Source of the DNA: a virus
DNA length: 64,000 nt
Virus record (IMG/VR): IMGVR_UViG_3300035670_000102
Location: 1-64,000 of that record
Direction: 5' to 3' (one strand)
Shown piece after piece: positions 12,907 to 23,900 of the stretch; the stretch's first letter is position 1; each line of letters begins with the position of its first letter. Position numbers and translations under genes: made by a program. Under the pieces are notes generated by a model that saw only the letters and a list, made by a program, of their open reading frames with translations, made no database searches and was not told the DNA's origin.

Positions 12907-13083
12907 ATGGAAAAAAAATTCGGAAAAAATTTTCAGCCCCTACAAGTCGATCAAATTAATGGAGATTATTATATCATTATCCCCGAATGGATAGCGAATG
13001 AACTTTCTTGGTATGAAGATACTGAGATTGAACTTAAGGTTGAATCAAATGAACTTATACTGAGAGAAAAAGAAGATGAGTAA
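12907..13083 (+). CDS. AbrB/MazE/SpoVT-like regulator (58 aa)
   Basis: Translated by hand: NGDYYIIIPEWIANELSWYEDTEIELKVESNELILRE. Confidence 0.7.
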   Translation: MEKKFGKNFQPLQVDQINGDYYIIIPEWIANELSWYEDTEIELKVESNELILREKEDE

Positions 13084-13267
13084 AATTTATCACATTTATG
13101 CAAAAGATAAATGTATATTTCATTCTATTAGTGAAGATGAATTTCAATTGACTTGGAAAACATTGCAATATATGATTGGTATTATTGAGAGTAATTACAC
13201 ACCCAAAGATTTTTCATATGAGGAATTGATCATAAACAAAGAAACTTGCTTAAACTCTTCATATTGA
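13076..13267 (+). CDS. Hypothetical protein (63 aa)
   Basis: ORF track; overlaps the upstream stop. Confidence 0.75.
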   Translation: MSKIYHIYAKDKCIFHSISEDEFQLTWKTLQYMIGIIESNYTPKDFSYEELIINKETCLNSSY

Positions 13268-13293
13268 CAGATAATACATAATAAGGTATGATA
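13265..13293 (+). promoter_or_regulatory. sigma70 promoter TTGACA-17-TATGAT
   Basis: Near-consensus match 21 nt upstream of ATG 13315. Confidence 0.8.
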
Positions 13294-13314
13294 CTGAAGT
13301 AAATTAACTCAATT

Positions 13315-14079
13315 ATGGCTAAAGGATTTACAGTAAAAGCAAAAACGCCCATGGCTTCACAGCAACAGCAACAAGAGGAATGGGACTATAATCTCGCAAG
13401 AGAAATGATTAAGGGCAAATCAATTGTATTTTGTCTTCCTGGAAGAGGAGTTTCTTATACATACTTGAAAAATTTTGTTCAACTTTGTTTTGATCTTGTT
13501 CAGAACGGAGCGAGTATTCAAATTTCTCAAGACTATTCATCCATGGTTAATTTTGCTCGTTGCAAATGTCTTGGAGCAAATGTACTACGTGGCCCAGATC
13601 AACTTCCATGGGACGGAAAATTAAATTATGATTATCAACTTTGGATTGATTCGGACATCGTGTTCGACACTTCAAAGTTTTATCAGTTAGTCTTAATGGA
13701 TAAGGATATTGCCGCAGGATGGTACTGCACTGAAGATGGTCATACGACTTCAGTTGCACATTGGTTAGAAGAAGATGATTTCCGCAGTAATGGTGGAGTC
13801 ATGAATCACGAAACTCTTGAGAGTATCTCAAAGCGTCGCAAACCATTTACTGTCGATTACACTGGATTTGGTTGGCTTCTGATTAAAAACGGAGTATTTG
13901 AACATCCAGAAATGAAGTATCCTTGGTTTGCTCCAAAAATGCAAGTTTTTGAATCTGGAGATGTTCAAGATATGTGTGGAGAAGATGTAAGTTTCTGCCT
14001 CGATGCAAAAGAAGCTGGCTTTGAAATTTGGTGCGACCCACGGGTACGAGTCGGTCACGAAAAAACAAGAATTATCTGA
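13315..14079 (+). CDS. GT-A fold (family 2-like) glycosyltransferase
   Basis: VNFAR, LWIDSDIVF (DxD), TGFGWLLIK, GEDVSFC...G..IW.D...GH motifs. Confidence 0.8.
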   Translation: MAKGFTVKAKTPMASQQQQQEEWDYNLAREMIKGKSIVFCLPGRGVSYTYLKNFVQLCFDLVQNGASIQISQDYSSMVNFARCKCLGANVLRGPDQLPWDGKLNYDYQLWIDSDIVFDTSKFYQLVLMDKDIAAGWYCTEDGHTTSVAHWLEEDDFRSNGGVMNHETLESISKRRKPFTVDYTGFGWLLIKNGVFEHPEMKYPWFAPKMQVFESGDVQDMCGEDVSFCLDAKEAGFEIWCDPRVRVGHEKTRII

Positions 14080-14083
14080 TAAA

Positions 14084-14242
14084 ATGGCAGATAGGTACAA
14101 TATTCTCTGTAAAGGTAGAAAAATTTATTCCAATCTTACAGAAGAAGAATATTTCAATATTATGGGAGATTTGGCAGATGAATATTATCAGACCGGATCT
14201 CCCAATCCTGATGAAATTGAAACTGAAATTATTGGAGGTTAA
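14084..14242 (+). CDS. Hypothetical protein (52 aa)
   Basis: MADRYNILCKGRKIYSNLTEEEYF...; start moved to ATG 14084. Confidence 0.75.
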   Translation: MADRYNILCKGRKIYSNLTEEEYFNIMGDLADEYYQTGSPNPDEIETEIIGG

Positions 14243-14244
14243 TT

Positions 14245-14397
14245 ATGGCAGTTAAAGCAAAGGGTGGATTAAGTAAGAACTCTTACATTCCTGGTCCTCC
14301 TAAGAAAAGCAGGCAAGGAGATGGTGATGGTACTAAGTATTCCGCCACGTCTCGCAATGGAGCTCGTAAAAAATATAGAGGACAAGGAAAGGGATGA
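14245..14397 (+). CDS. Small basic protein (50 aa, KKYRGQG motif)
   Basis: GGAGG RBS; MAVKAKGG...PKKSRQG...TKYSATSRNGARKKYRGQGKG. Confidence 0.75.
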   Translation: MAVKAKGGLSKNSYIPGPPKKSRQGDGDGTKYSATSRNGARKKYRGQGKG

Positions 14398-14897
14398 AAT
14401 CATTACTCTTTATCTCGGAAGATAAAGAAAAGTCTTTAATTCAGGAGATGACTTATCATTTAAAAATGGCAAATTTAGATATTCATCCTTCTAATACTTG
14501 CTTTTTAATGGTCTCTCCTGACTATTCCGCTATTGTAACACAACATCTCTCACATTCATTATCAATGGATGGAGAGATTTTTCATATTGAAGCAGTCAAT
14601 GTACCATTTCCTGATGAAAATGTACTAGATTATAAGGTTGAATTTAGTCAAAATTTAATGAAATGGAAAACAAAATGGGATAATTTTGTTTTAATTGAGG
14701 CTGGAGTCATTCGTGGAGGAAATTATACCTGGATTGTGGAGATAATGCGCCGTATGATAAGTGGAAATGTTTATACTGTGGCGCTTTGTGAGAATATTCA
14801 TAGTATGTTTAAGAGTGATTTTGTCAGTTTATACTACGATGACAACCAAAAAGACCTTCATTTTTGGTGGGAACAGCCAAATAACCATTGGAAATAG
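14394..14897 (+). CDS. Type I phosphoribosyltransferase-like protein
   Basis: FVLIEAGVIRGGNY resembles a divergent PRPP-binding loop; C-terminal SDFV...FWWE. Confidence 0.5.
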   Translation: MKSLLFISEDKEKSLIQEMTYHLKMANLDIHPSNTCFLMVSPDYSAIVTQHLSHSLSMDGEIFHIEAVNVPFPDENVLDYKVEFSQNLMKWKTKWDNFVLIEAGVIRGGNYTWIVEIMRRMISGNVYTVALCENIHSMFKSDFVSLYYDDNQKDLHFWWEQPNNHWK

Positions 14898-14941
14898 TAA
14901 ATAAATATTTTTTTACATTTGTTGAATTGGAAAAATTTTCA

Positions 14942-15268
14942 ATGGGTAAACACCTCTTATTAGAGGTGTACAATGTAAACTTTAATCTTATAAATGACGC
15001 AATATCTCTTCAAGAAGTGATGGAAAGAGGTATTGTGCGTGCGGGAATGACGATTTTAAATATATTTTCTCATTGTTTTATCCCACAAGGATGTACAATT
15101 GTAATTACACTTGCAGAAAGTCATGTTTCTTGCCATACTTGGCCCGAAAATGGGTGTATTGCAATTGATGTTTATACATGTGGTGAAAAAAATCCAAAAA
15201 TAATTGCCATTGAACTACTTAAATATTTAAATTCTGATAATTATTCGCTAAGATACTTGAATCGTTAA
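14942..15268 (+). CDS. speD: S-adenosylmethionine decarboxylase proenzyme
   Basis: MGKHLLLE...F.PQGCT...LAESHVSCHTWPE.G.IAIDVYTCG (ES cleavage site). Confidence 0.95.
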   Translation: MGKHLLLEVYNVNFNLINDAISLQEVMERGIVRAGMTILNIFSHCFIPQGCTIVITLAESHVSCHTWPENGCIAIDVYTCGEKNPKIIAIELLKYLNSDNYSLRYLNR

Positions 15269-15277
15269 ATAAAGATG

Positions 15278-15334
15278 AGGAGATAGCAACCTCCTACCAA
15301 AAAAGTTCTGTTTTATTAACTAAAACAGGAGCTA
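15278..15334 (+). promoter_or_regulatory. H-type pseudoknot in a 5' UTR, overlapping the RBS
   Basis: S1 AGGAG/CTCCT; loop TAGCAAC pairs with GTT + GCTA, which are split by an 8-bp hairpin; late-promoter-like GTTAAATA at 15264. Confidence 0.55.
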
Positions 15335-15336
15335 AA

Positions 15337-15585
15337 ATGTCAAATTTACCAGTTGATAGAGACAAAGATTACATGTATCAAATGTGGGGAACTACAAAAT
15401 TAATAACTGATTATGAAAACTCATCTCCAAAGAAAACAATTCAGGAGATTATGCATGATGAGATTCCAAGTCGAAAGCATTGTTTAAAAGAACAGTTTGA
15501 AATGCATCAAAAAATTAGAAATGATTTCGACTATGATGACTGGGATTATGGAACAGAACCATCTTATGGTTCTTCATGGAAATAG
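15337..15585 (+). CDS. Hypothetical protein (82 aa)
   Basis: ORF track; AGGAG RBS. Confidence 0.8.
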   Translation: MSNLPVDRDKDYMYQMWGTTKLITDYENSSPKKTIQEIMHDEIPSRKHCLKEQFEMHQKIRNDFDYDDWDYGTEPSYGSSWK

Positions 15586-15586
15586 T

Positions 15587-15594
15587 CATAAATA
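15587..15594 (+). promoter_or_regulatory. Late promoter CATAAATA
   Basis: Upstream of g25. Confidence 0.65.
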
Positions 15595-15617
15595 ATTGAA
15601 GAAATTTCTAGACGTAC

Positions 15618-16019
15618 ATGGCAGTAACAAGGATATCTAGATCCTTTAAAGATATTAGTTTATCCTTTGAACCCCATCCAGTGACAAAGGATCTACCAAT
15701 ATTGAAAGATCAAAATGCGATTATGAGATCAATTCGTAATTTGGTAGAAACAATACCGTCTGAAAGATTTTTTGATGTTAACATAGGCTCAAATGTTAGA
15801 TCAAGTTTATTTGATTTTGTAGACTATGGAACTGCTTCTATAATTGAAACGCAGATCAAAACAACGATTCGAAACTTTGAGCCTAGAGTTACAAATGTAA
15901 ATGTGGGCGTATCACCAAACCCAGATAGAAATGAATTTGAAGTTACTGTCATTTTTGACATAATTGGTCAAGAAATTCCAACCCAACAATATTCATTCAT
16001 ATTAGAGGCAACAAGATAA
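15618..16019 (+). CDS. g25: Baseplate wedge subunit gp25
   Basis: FKDISLSF..HP...SIRNLVET..ERFF...FEPRV. Confidence 0.95.
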   Translation: MAVTRISRSFKDISLSFEPHPVTKDLPILKDQNAIMRSIRNLVETIPSERFFDVNIGSNVRSSLFDFVDYGTASIIETQIKTTIRNFEPRVTNVNVGVSPNPDRNEFEVTVIFDIIGQEIPTQQYSFILEATR

Positions 16020-16020
16020 A

Positions 16021-17934
16021 ATGCCTTTCACTAAGTTTACCAATTTAGATTTTGATCAGATAAAAACTTCGATTAAAGATTATCTTCGTGCGAATTCTAA
16101 TTTTACCGATTTTGATTTTGAAGGATCGAATTTTTCAGTTTTAATTGATACCTTAGCTTATAATACTTATATAACGGCCTTTAATTCAAACATGGTCGTA
16201 AATGAATCATTTTTAGATTCAGCAACTCTAAGAGAGAATGTGGTTTCTCTTGCAAGAAATATTGGATATGTTCCCAAATCCAGGCAGTGTGCAGAAGCCT
16301 TAGTATCCTTTACAATTCAAACAGATTCTGAAACACCAACAGTTTCTTTACAAGCAGGACTTGTATGTGTTGGTTCAATAGATGGAAGTACGTATATTTT
16401 TTCAATTCCAGAAAATGTCTCTAAAAATGTCGTAAACGGGACAGTTTCCTTTGATAATTTGACAATTTATCAAGGAACATATTTAACTAAGCAATTTACT
16501 GTAGATGGATCGTTAGATCAAAAATTTATTTTAGATAATCCATATATTGATACAAAAACAATTGTTGCTCATGTAAAAGGACCAAGTGATAGTGGTCTGG
16601 GCACAAAATATTCTTTAGTTGACAATATTGTAAAAATTGATGAGTTATCTGAAATTTATCTAATACAAGAAGTTAAGGATGAAAAATATCAACTTATTTT
16701 TGGTGATGGTAGATTTGGTAAAAAATTAGAAAATGGAAGCATAATTACTGTAAGTTACATAGTCACTGATGGCAAATCTGGAAATGGTGCTAAAGAATTT
16801 TCATTTGCGGGAACATTTAAAAATGCAAGTGATGTTTTAATCGTACCAACAAATACAGTTAATGTAACTACAAGTTCTTCTTCTGTAAATGGATCAGATA
16901 TAGAACCGATTGACTCAATCAAATATTTTGCACCTAGATTATATTCGTCCCAATATAGGGCAGTTACTGCAAAAGATTATGAAGCTATAATTCCGCAACT
17001 ATATCAAAATACAGAATCAGTTTCTGTAGTTGGTGGTGAAGAAATGGATCCCCCAGAATACGGATCGGTAACAATCAGTATTAAACCAAAAAATGGAATT
17101 TATGTTTCTGATTTTGATAAACAACAACTTTTGTCAAAATTAAAACAATATAGCCTTACTGGAATTAATCAAAAAATTGTAGATCTTAAAATTTTATACG
17201 TTGAAATAGATTCATCAGTTTATTATGATTATTCTAAAGTGTCCAGTGTTGAGAATTTAAAAACAAAGGTTACATCTCTTTTAACCACATATTCAAAATC
17301 TGTAGATTTAAATAAATTTGGTGGTAGATTTAAATATAGTAAAATATTACAAGTAATTGATAACAGTGATATTTCAATTACATCTAATATAACAAAGGTA
17401 AGAATACGTAGAAATCTAAAAGTTGCCATAAATGACTTTTCTCAATATGAGCTTTGTTATGGTAACAGATTTCATATAAAGCAAAATGGTTATAATATTA
17501 AATCCACAGGATTTACAATTGCAAATTATCCAAATACAATTGTATATTTTACAGATACTCCAAATACGGATGGAAAAACAGGAGTTTTATCAATTATTAA
17601 ACTTCCAAATATTTCATCATCATCTTCAAATAATAAACCAAACATTTTAGTTCAGTCAGCAGGAACTATAGATTATGAAAAAGGAGAAATTATGATTAAT
17701 ACTATTAAAATAATTTCTACCGAACTTCCTAATGATGTAATAGAAATGCAAGCATATCCAGAATCAAATGATGTCATAGGATTAAAAGATTTATATCTAG
17801 AATTTGATATTTCAAAAAGTCAAATAAATATGGTAAAGGATGTTATTGCATCTGGAGAGGATATTTCCGGAGTAGTTTTTTCAAAAGATTCTTATAGATC
17901 AAGTTATTCAAATGGGGAGATAACAAGAGGATAA
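16021..17934 (+). CDS. g6: Baseplate wedge subunit gp6
   Basis: LDFDQIK...FTDFDFEGS...LAYNT...ESFLDSA...RAVT..DYE. Confidence 0.95.
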   Translation: MPFTKFTNLDFDQIKTSIKDYLRANSNFTDFDFEGSNFSVLIDTLAYNTYITAFNSNMVVNESFLDSATLRENVVSLARNIGYVPKSRQCAEALVSFTIQTDSETPTVSLQAGLVCVGSIDGSTYIFSIPENVSKNVVNGTVSFDNLTIYQGTYLTKQFTVDGSLDQKFILDNPYIDTKTIVAHVKGPSDSGLGTKYSLVDNIVKIDELSEIYLIQEVKDEKYQLIFGDGRFGKKLENGSIITVSYIVTDGKSGNGAKEFSFAGTFKNASDVLIVPTNTVNVTTSSSSVNGSDIEPIDSIKYFAPRLYSSQYRAVTAKDYEAIIPQLYQNTESVSVVGGEEMDPPEYGSVTISIKPKNGIYVSDFDKQQLLSKLKQYSLTGINQKIVDLKILYVEIDSSVYYDYSKVSSVENLKTKVTSLLTTYSKSVDLNKFGGRFKYSKILQVIDNSDISITSNITKVRIRRNLKVAINDFSQYELCYGNRFHIKQNGYNIKSTGFTIANYPNTIVYFTDTPNTDGKTGVLSIIKLPNISSSSSNNKPNILVQSAGTIDYEKGEIMINTIKIISTELPNDVIEMQAYPESNDVIGLKDLYLEFDISKSQINMVKDVIASGEDISGVVFSKDSYRSSYSNGEITRG

Positions 17935-17935
17935 T

Positions 17936-20900
17936 ATGATAAAAACAGGATTTGAAAACAGAGTAAAAGTACAACAAATAATTCAAAATCAACTTCCAGA
18001 ATTTATTTTGGATGAGAGTCCAAAAACTATTGACTTTTTAAAACAGTATTACATATCACAAGAGTATCAGGGTGGTCCGATTGATATTTCGGATAATCTG
18101 GACCAATACTTAAATCTGGATAATTTAACCCCAGAGGTTATTCAGGGATCGACTACTTTATCTTATAATATTTCAGAAGCTGTTGGGATTGTTACTGTAT
18201 CATCAACAAAGGGATTTCCGTCTAAATATGGTCTTTTGAAAATTGACGATGAAATTATTACTTACACGGGAATTACTACAAACACATTTACTGGATGTAT
18301 TCGTGGTTTTAGTGGAATAACAAACTATCACAAAGATTTAGAATATGAAGAGTTAGTTTTTTCATCAACAAGTAGTTCTTCACATTTTGCAGAATCTGAA
18401 GTAGAAAATCTTAGTGTATTATTTCTTCAAGAATTTTATAAAAAATTAAAATATACTTTAGCTCCAGGTTTAGAAAATATTGATTTTGTATCAAATTTAA
18501 ATGTTGGCACATTTCTTAAAAATGCCAGAAGTTTTTACCAATCAAAAGGGACAAAAGAATCATTTAGAATACTTTTTAATATTTTATATGGAGTAAATCC
18601 AAAAATTATTGATTTGGAGAATTTCCTTATAAAACCTTCTGATGCAAAATATATCAGAAGAGAAGTAATTTTGGTGGAACAAATAACTGGAAATCCACTG
18701 AGATTAATCGGTCAAACTTTAAAATCTAAACAAAGTGATGATTTATCAGCTTCAATATCTGAAGTTGAAATTGTTACTAGAGGTGGAAAAAGCTATTATA
18801 AATTTTTTATTTTTGTCGGATATGATGATACCCAAACTACTTCATTTTCTAACTTTACAATAACACCAAATACTAAATGTATTGATAAGATCTTATCTGG
18901 TGATACAGTTATTACGGTTGATTCTACTTTAGGATTTCCTGATTCTGGTATTTTATATGCAAATGATCAGAAAATTAATTATTCTAGTAAATCAATAAAT
19001 CAATTTTTTGGTTGCTATACTATTGGATATAATGCAATTTTATCAGATATTGATAAAACTACTCCTATTATATCAGATTATACCTATTATGGATATGAAA
19101 ATGGAGATACATCTAAAGAAGTTGTTGTAAGAATAACAGGAGTATTATCAAATTTTAAAATTGATTCTACAGATTACAGCTTAGTAACTGGAGATGTAAT
19201 TACTGTAAAGAGTTTAGGAGACAATATTTCTCCCAATCAAAGTGGAAAAAATGCAACATATAAGCAAATAAATGCAAATAGTTGGATTTATAATACAAGT
19301 TCTAGATACCAATTAGATTCTTTTTCGGAATCTTTTGCGTTTACAAAGTCTAGTGTACATAAATCAAGTTTGAAAGTAAATGATTACGTAGAATTTTTAC
19401 AAAGAAATACAGAAATTCCCGTAGCTGGTTTGGATAATGTAAGGATTACAAACATTATAGACAATAAAAAAGTATTTTTTGATACTAATATCTCTTCTTT
19501 AAATTCAAGAAAAAAATATGATATTAGAAGAAAAGTTAAAAAATCTAATAGCACATTAGTGCCGATAGGAATTGGTACTATAAACTTAAATAATAAAGTT
19601 TTTTCGGATGTGCAAAATGTTTACTCTGATGGAGATGAGTACTTATATGTTGCTTCAAACTCTTTACCATCTTATGAAATTAACTCGGATATTTTTGAAT
19701 ATGTTGTAAGTTCTATACCAAATTCAGGTCTTAATAATTCTACAGGAAAATATTCAATATTAGAATTTAGTGATTATATTTCATTTTTAACTGGAGATGA
19801 AGTTTATTATAGTTTTTCTGATCAACCAATAAGCGGATTATCTGAAGGAAAGTATTATGTAAAATTATTGTCTAACAGGCAATTGCAGTTGTTTTCCGCC
19901 AGAAACTTTATTGATACGAATAAGTATCTAGAGTTTTCTAATGTTTTACCTACAGGAAACCATACTTTTACTTTATTATCTCAAAAAGAAAAAATAATTT
20001 CACCCCAAAAGATATTAAAAAAAATTAAGTTAAACCCAGAGATTAGTGATAAAATTGGAGATGATACTCTTCCAGGATCATCTGGAATTTTGATTAATGG
20101 TGTTGAAATATTTAATTATAAATCTAATGATAAAATTTATTATGGACCACTAGAAAAAGTAAGAGTTTTGAATTCTGGTAGTGATTATGATGTAATTAAT
20201 CCACCAAAAATTGAAATTTCGGGAAATGCTCTGGTACAACCTATAGTTCAGGGATCTATAACTTCAGTTTATGTAGATCCACAGGAATTTGATATAGATG
20301 TTTTTATCACAATAAGTGTAACGGGTGGAAACGGTAGTGATGTTTCATTAAAACCCATAATTGTAAAAAATAGAAGAGAAATAGAATTTGATGCAAGACA
20401 AACCACAAGAGGTGGTGGAATAGATGTAGTTAATGAAAGAATTACTTTTTTAAATAATCATAATTTATTTACGGGCCAAGAAATAATATATGATACTAAT
20501 GGAAATGATGAAATTGGTATTGGTTCATTTAGGGGAGTAAATTATGATCAAGGAAATCTGGTCGATAATGCAATTTACTATGCAAAAGTATTAAATGATA
20601 GGACCATTCAAATACACCAAACAAAGAGTGATGCAATAACTGGTGTAAACACAGTAGGTTTTACAACGATTGGAACTTCTGGAATTCAAAAATTCAAAAC
20701 TTCCATAAGAAATACATTATCAGAAATTAAAGTTTTAAATGGTGGAAATGGATTTACCAATAGAGAATTAATTGTAAAGTCATCTGGGATATCGACAAGC
20801 AAACATACAATTAATTTCAAAAACCATGGATTTTTGACTGGAGAAATAATTACCTACACATATACATCTTCACCTGTAGTTGGATTATCATCTGAAAATA

Positions 20901-23900
20901 GCTACTATGTTGGCAAATTAACTGATGATTCTTTCCGTTTATATAATGCAGGAATAGGTGTAACAATATCTGAAAATTATGAAAAAAATAATTATGTTAA
21001 ATTTTCTTCTACTGGATCGGGATATCAAATATTTAATTATCCAGAAATAGCAGTTGTTGCTAATTATTCTGGAATAGGTATTGGTAGTACTCAAATTAGA
21101 GGTAATATTGTTTGTACACCAACTGTAAGGGGTGAAATTGTTGATGCGTATGTTTATGAAACTGGATCTAACTATGGTTCCACTATTTTAAATTACCACA
21201 AAAAACCAACTATTAAAATTAAAACTGGAACTACTGCACAACTAAAACCAGTTATTAGTAATGGTAAAATAATTAAAGTTTTGGTTCTTTTTGGTGGATC
21301 TAATTATGATTCAACACCAGACTTAGAAGTTTTTGGTGATGGTACTGGAGCTGTACTAAGAGCAATTACTTCTAATGGAAAAATCAACTCGGTAAAGATA
21401 ATTAATTCTGGGTTTGGGTACTTAGATACATCAACTTCAATCTTAGTAAAAAGACCTGGAAAAAATGCTGTTTTTGATGGTGTTGTTAGATCACTATCGG
21501 TTAATAAATCTTATCAATATGGTGTCCAAGATGCACTTTACAGAGAGTCTGCGAATGAAATAATAGTAAAATCGACTGATAACTTACAATATTTTGTTTG
21601 TGGATATTCAGAAAACTTAAAAAATAATTTTAATGAAGTAAGTAATAAGCATTCTCCAATTATTGGATGGGCTTATGATGGCAACCCAATTTATGGTCCA
21701 TATGGTTATTCTGATCCATATAATTCAAGCTCTCCATTAAAATTAATTAAAACTGGTTATGCAACAACCGATGTTTCAAATAGACCTTCTGGATTTGATT
21801 TAGGATTTTTTAATGAAGACTATATTTTCAATAATTCTGGAGATTTGGATAGTCATAATGGAAGATTTTGTAAAACACCAGAATTTCCAAATGGAGTATA
21901 TGCATATTTTGCATCTACAAAGCTTAATCCTTCCGGAGAATTAACTGGAGAATTTCCTTATTTTATCGGAAAAAATTATAGATCCCAATTCGTAACTGAT
22001 AATATATTCTTAAATCAATATACTTATGATTTAAATAATTCCGGATTAATTAGAAATACTTTTCCATATAGAGTTGATGACGAATACTCTGGAAATGATT
22101 TTATCACAGAATCGAATGAACTTATTAACCAAACAACGGTTATTGAATCTGTTACCCCCGGAGAAGTTACTTCATTTGAAGTAATAGAATCTGGTTCTGG
22201 ATATAAAGTTGGGGATAAACTTATTTTTGATCAAGATGGAACTTCAGGATACGGCGTTGACGCTGCGGTTTCTGAAATTTCTGGTGGTCAAATTGCAAAT
22301 ATCAACACAACTAAAGTTACTTATTCAAATGCTGTTATTGAAAGAAAAAATTCCGATGAGTTAATGATAACTATTAAACCATATCACAATTTAAACAGTG
22401 GTGATATAGTTTCAATTTCTGGGTTATCAACTAATTTATTCTCTTTGAATGGCTTCTATAAAGTAGGATTTAATACTCAAACATCATACATTTTAAAAGA
22501 TGTCCCTGCACCTGCAGTAACTGGAGTAGTAACTTTCATATCATTGCCCAATATACCAGATAGTGTTTCTATTGGGAGTAGTATCAAAGTTGATAATGAA
22601 ATTTTCTCAATTTTAGACATATACAAAACAAATGGTGCTTTAAAAGTTCTGCGAACTGGTGCCGGAGTTTCTCATTCCCAAAGAGCTCCAATTTATTTTT
22701 TCCCAGATTCATTTACAATTTATAAAAAAACTGATGGTTTTGATTCTAAAAATAATGTAAAGGTATTTTTTAATCCAAGAAATACTTTGGGAGTTGGAAC
22801 AACTCCGGGAGAAGGAAATAATAAATCATATTTTATAGATGGTGTACAATATTACACATATAACACAACTCAATCAATATTTGTACCTAATCATCCATTT
22901 AAAACTGGAGAAAAGGTAATAGTTACAAAACCATCTGGGACCTCTGCAATCACAGTCTCAACTTCTCCAGATAGTGGAGCATATGGAATACTTGTGGGGG
23001 CAAGTGAAATACTTTATATAATTAATAAATCAAAGGATTATATTGGTCTCGTAACAAGTGTTGGTGTTACTACAAATACAAGTGGATTATTTTTCCCAGT
23101 GGCTGGGGGAAGTAATAATGAACTTTACAGTATAGAATCCGATAAAAATCAAATTAAATGTGATGTCAATAAATTAGAAGCTACTGTTTCTATATCCTCA
23201 TCGCATCTTTTAAATAATAATGATATTATAAACTTACAAATTAAACCAAATTTAAAAGTTGGTATTGGTACAACTGCAAATATATTATTAAGATACAATA
23301 ATACTTATAAAAAATTATTAATCGATAAAGTAATTTTTGATTCATCATCAGTAAATACTACCAATAGTACAATTGGAATAACATCACACTATTACAAAAC
23401 TGGAGATAGTGTTTTCTATGATTCTGGAGATACTGTTGCTTCTGGCTTAAGCACAGGAAAATATTTTATTTGTAAAATAGATGATAATATTGTCAAATTG
23501 TCAGAGACATATTATGATTGTTTCTTAGATACTCCTAAAACCGTTTCAATTACTAGTACTGGAGGAGATCTTCAGGAGTTAAGTTTAATCAATCCAAAAT
23601 TAAAATCCATAAAAAATAATAAAATAATATTCAATGTATCAGATTCATCTTTACTTGGATATAATTTTAATTTATATTATGATAGGGAATTCAAAAATAA
23701 GTTTGAAATTAATCTTACTAATGGATCAAATGTTATTTTAGGATTTGGAACTGTTGGAAATCCCGGAATAGGAACAATTTCAACCAGAATTGTCAACTAT
23801 TCGACAGTAGGATTTCCAGAAAGATTATATTATAATTTTGAAAAAGATGGTACACCATTGGAAATTGATAATGATGTTGCAGATTTTTGTCAAATATCAT

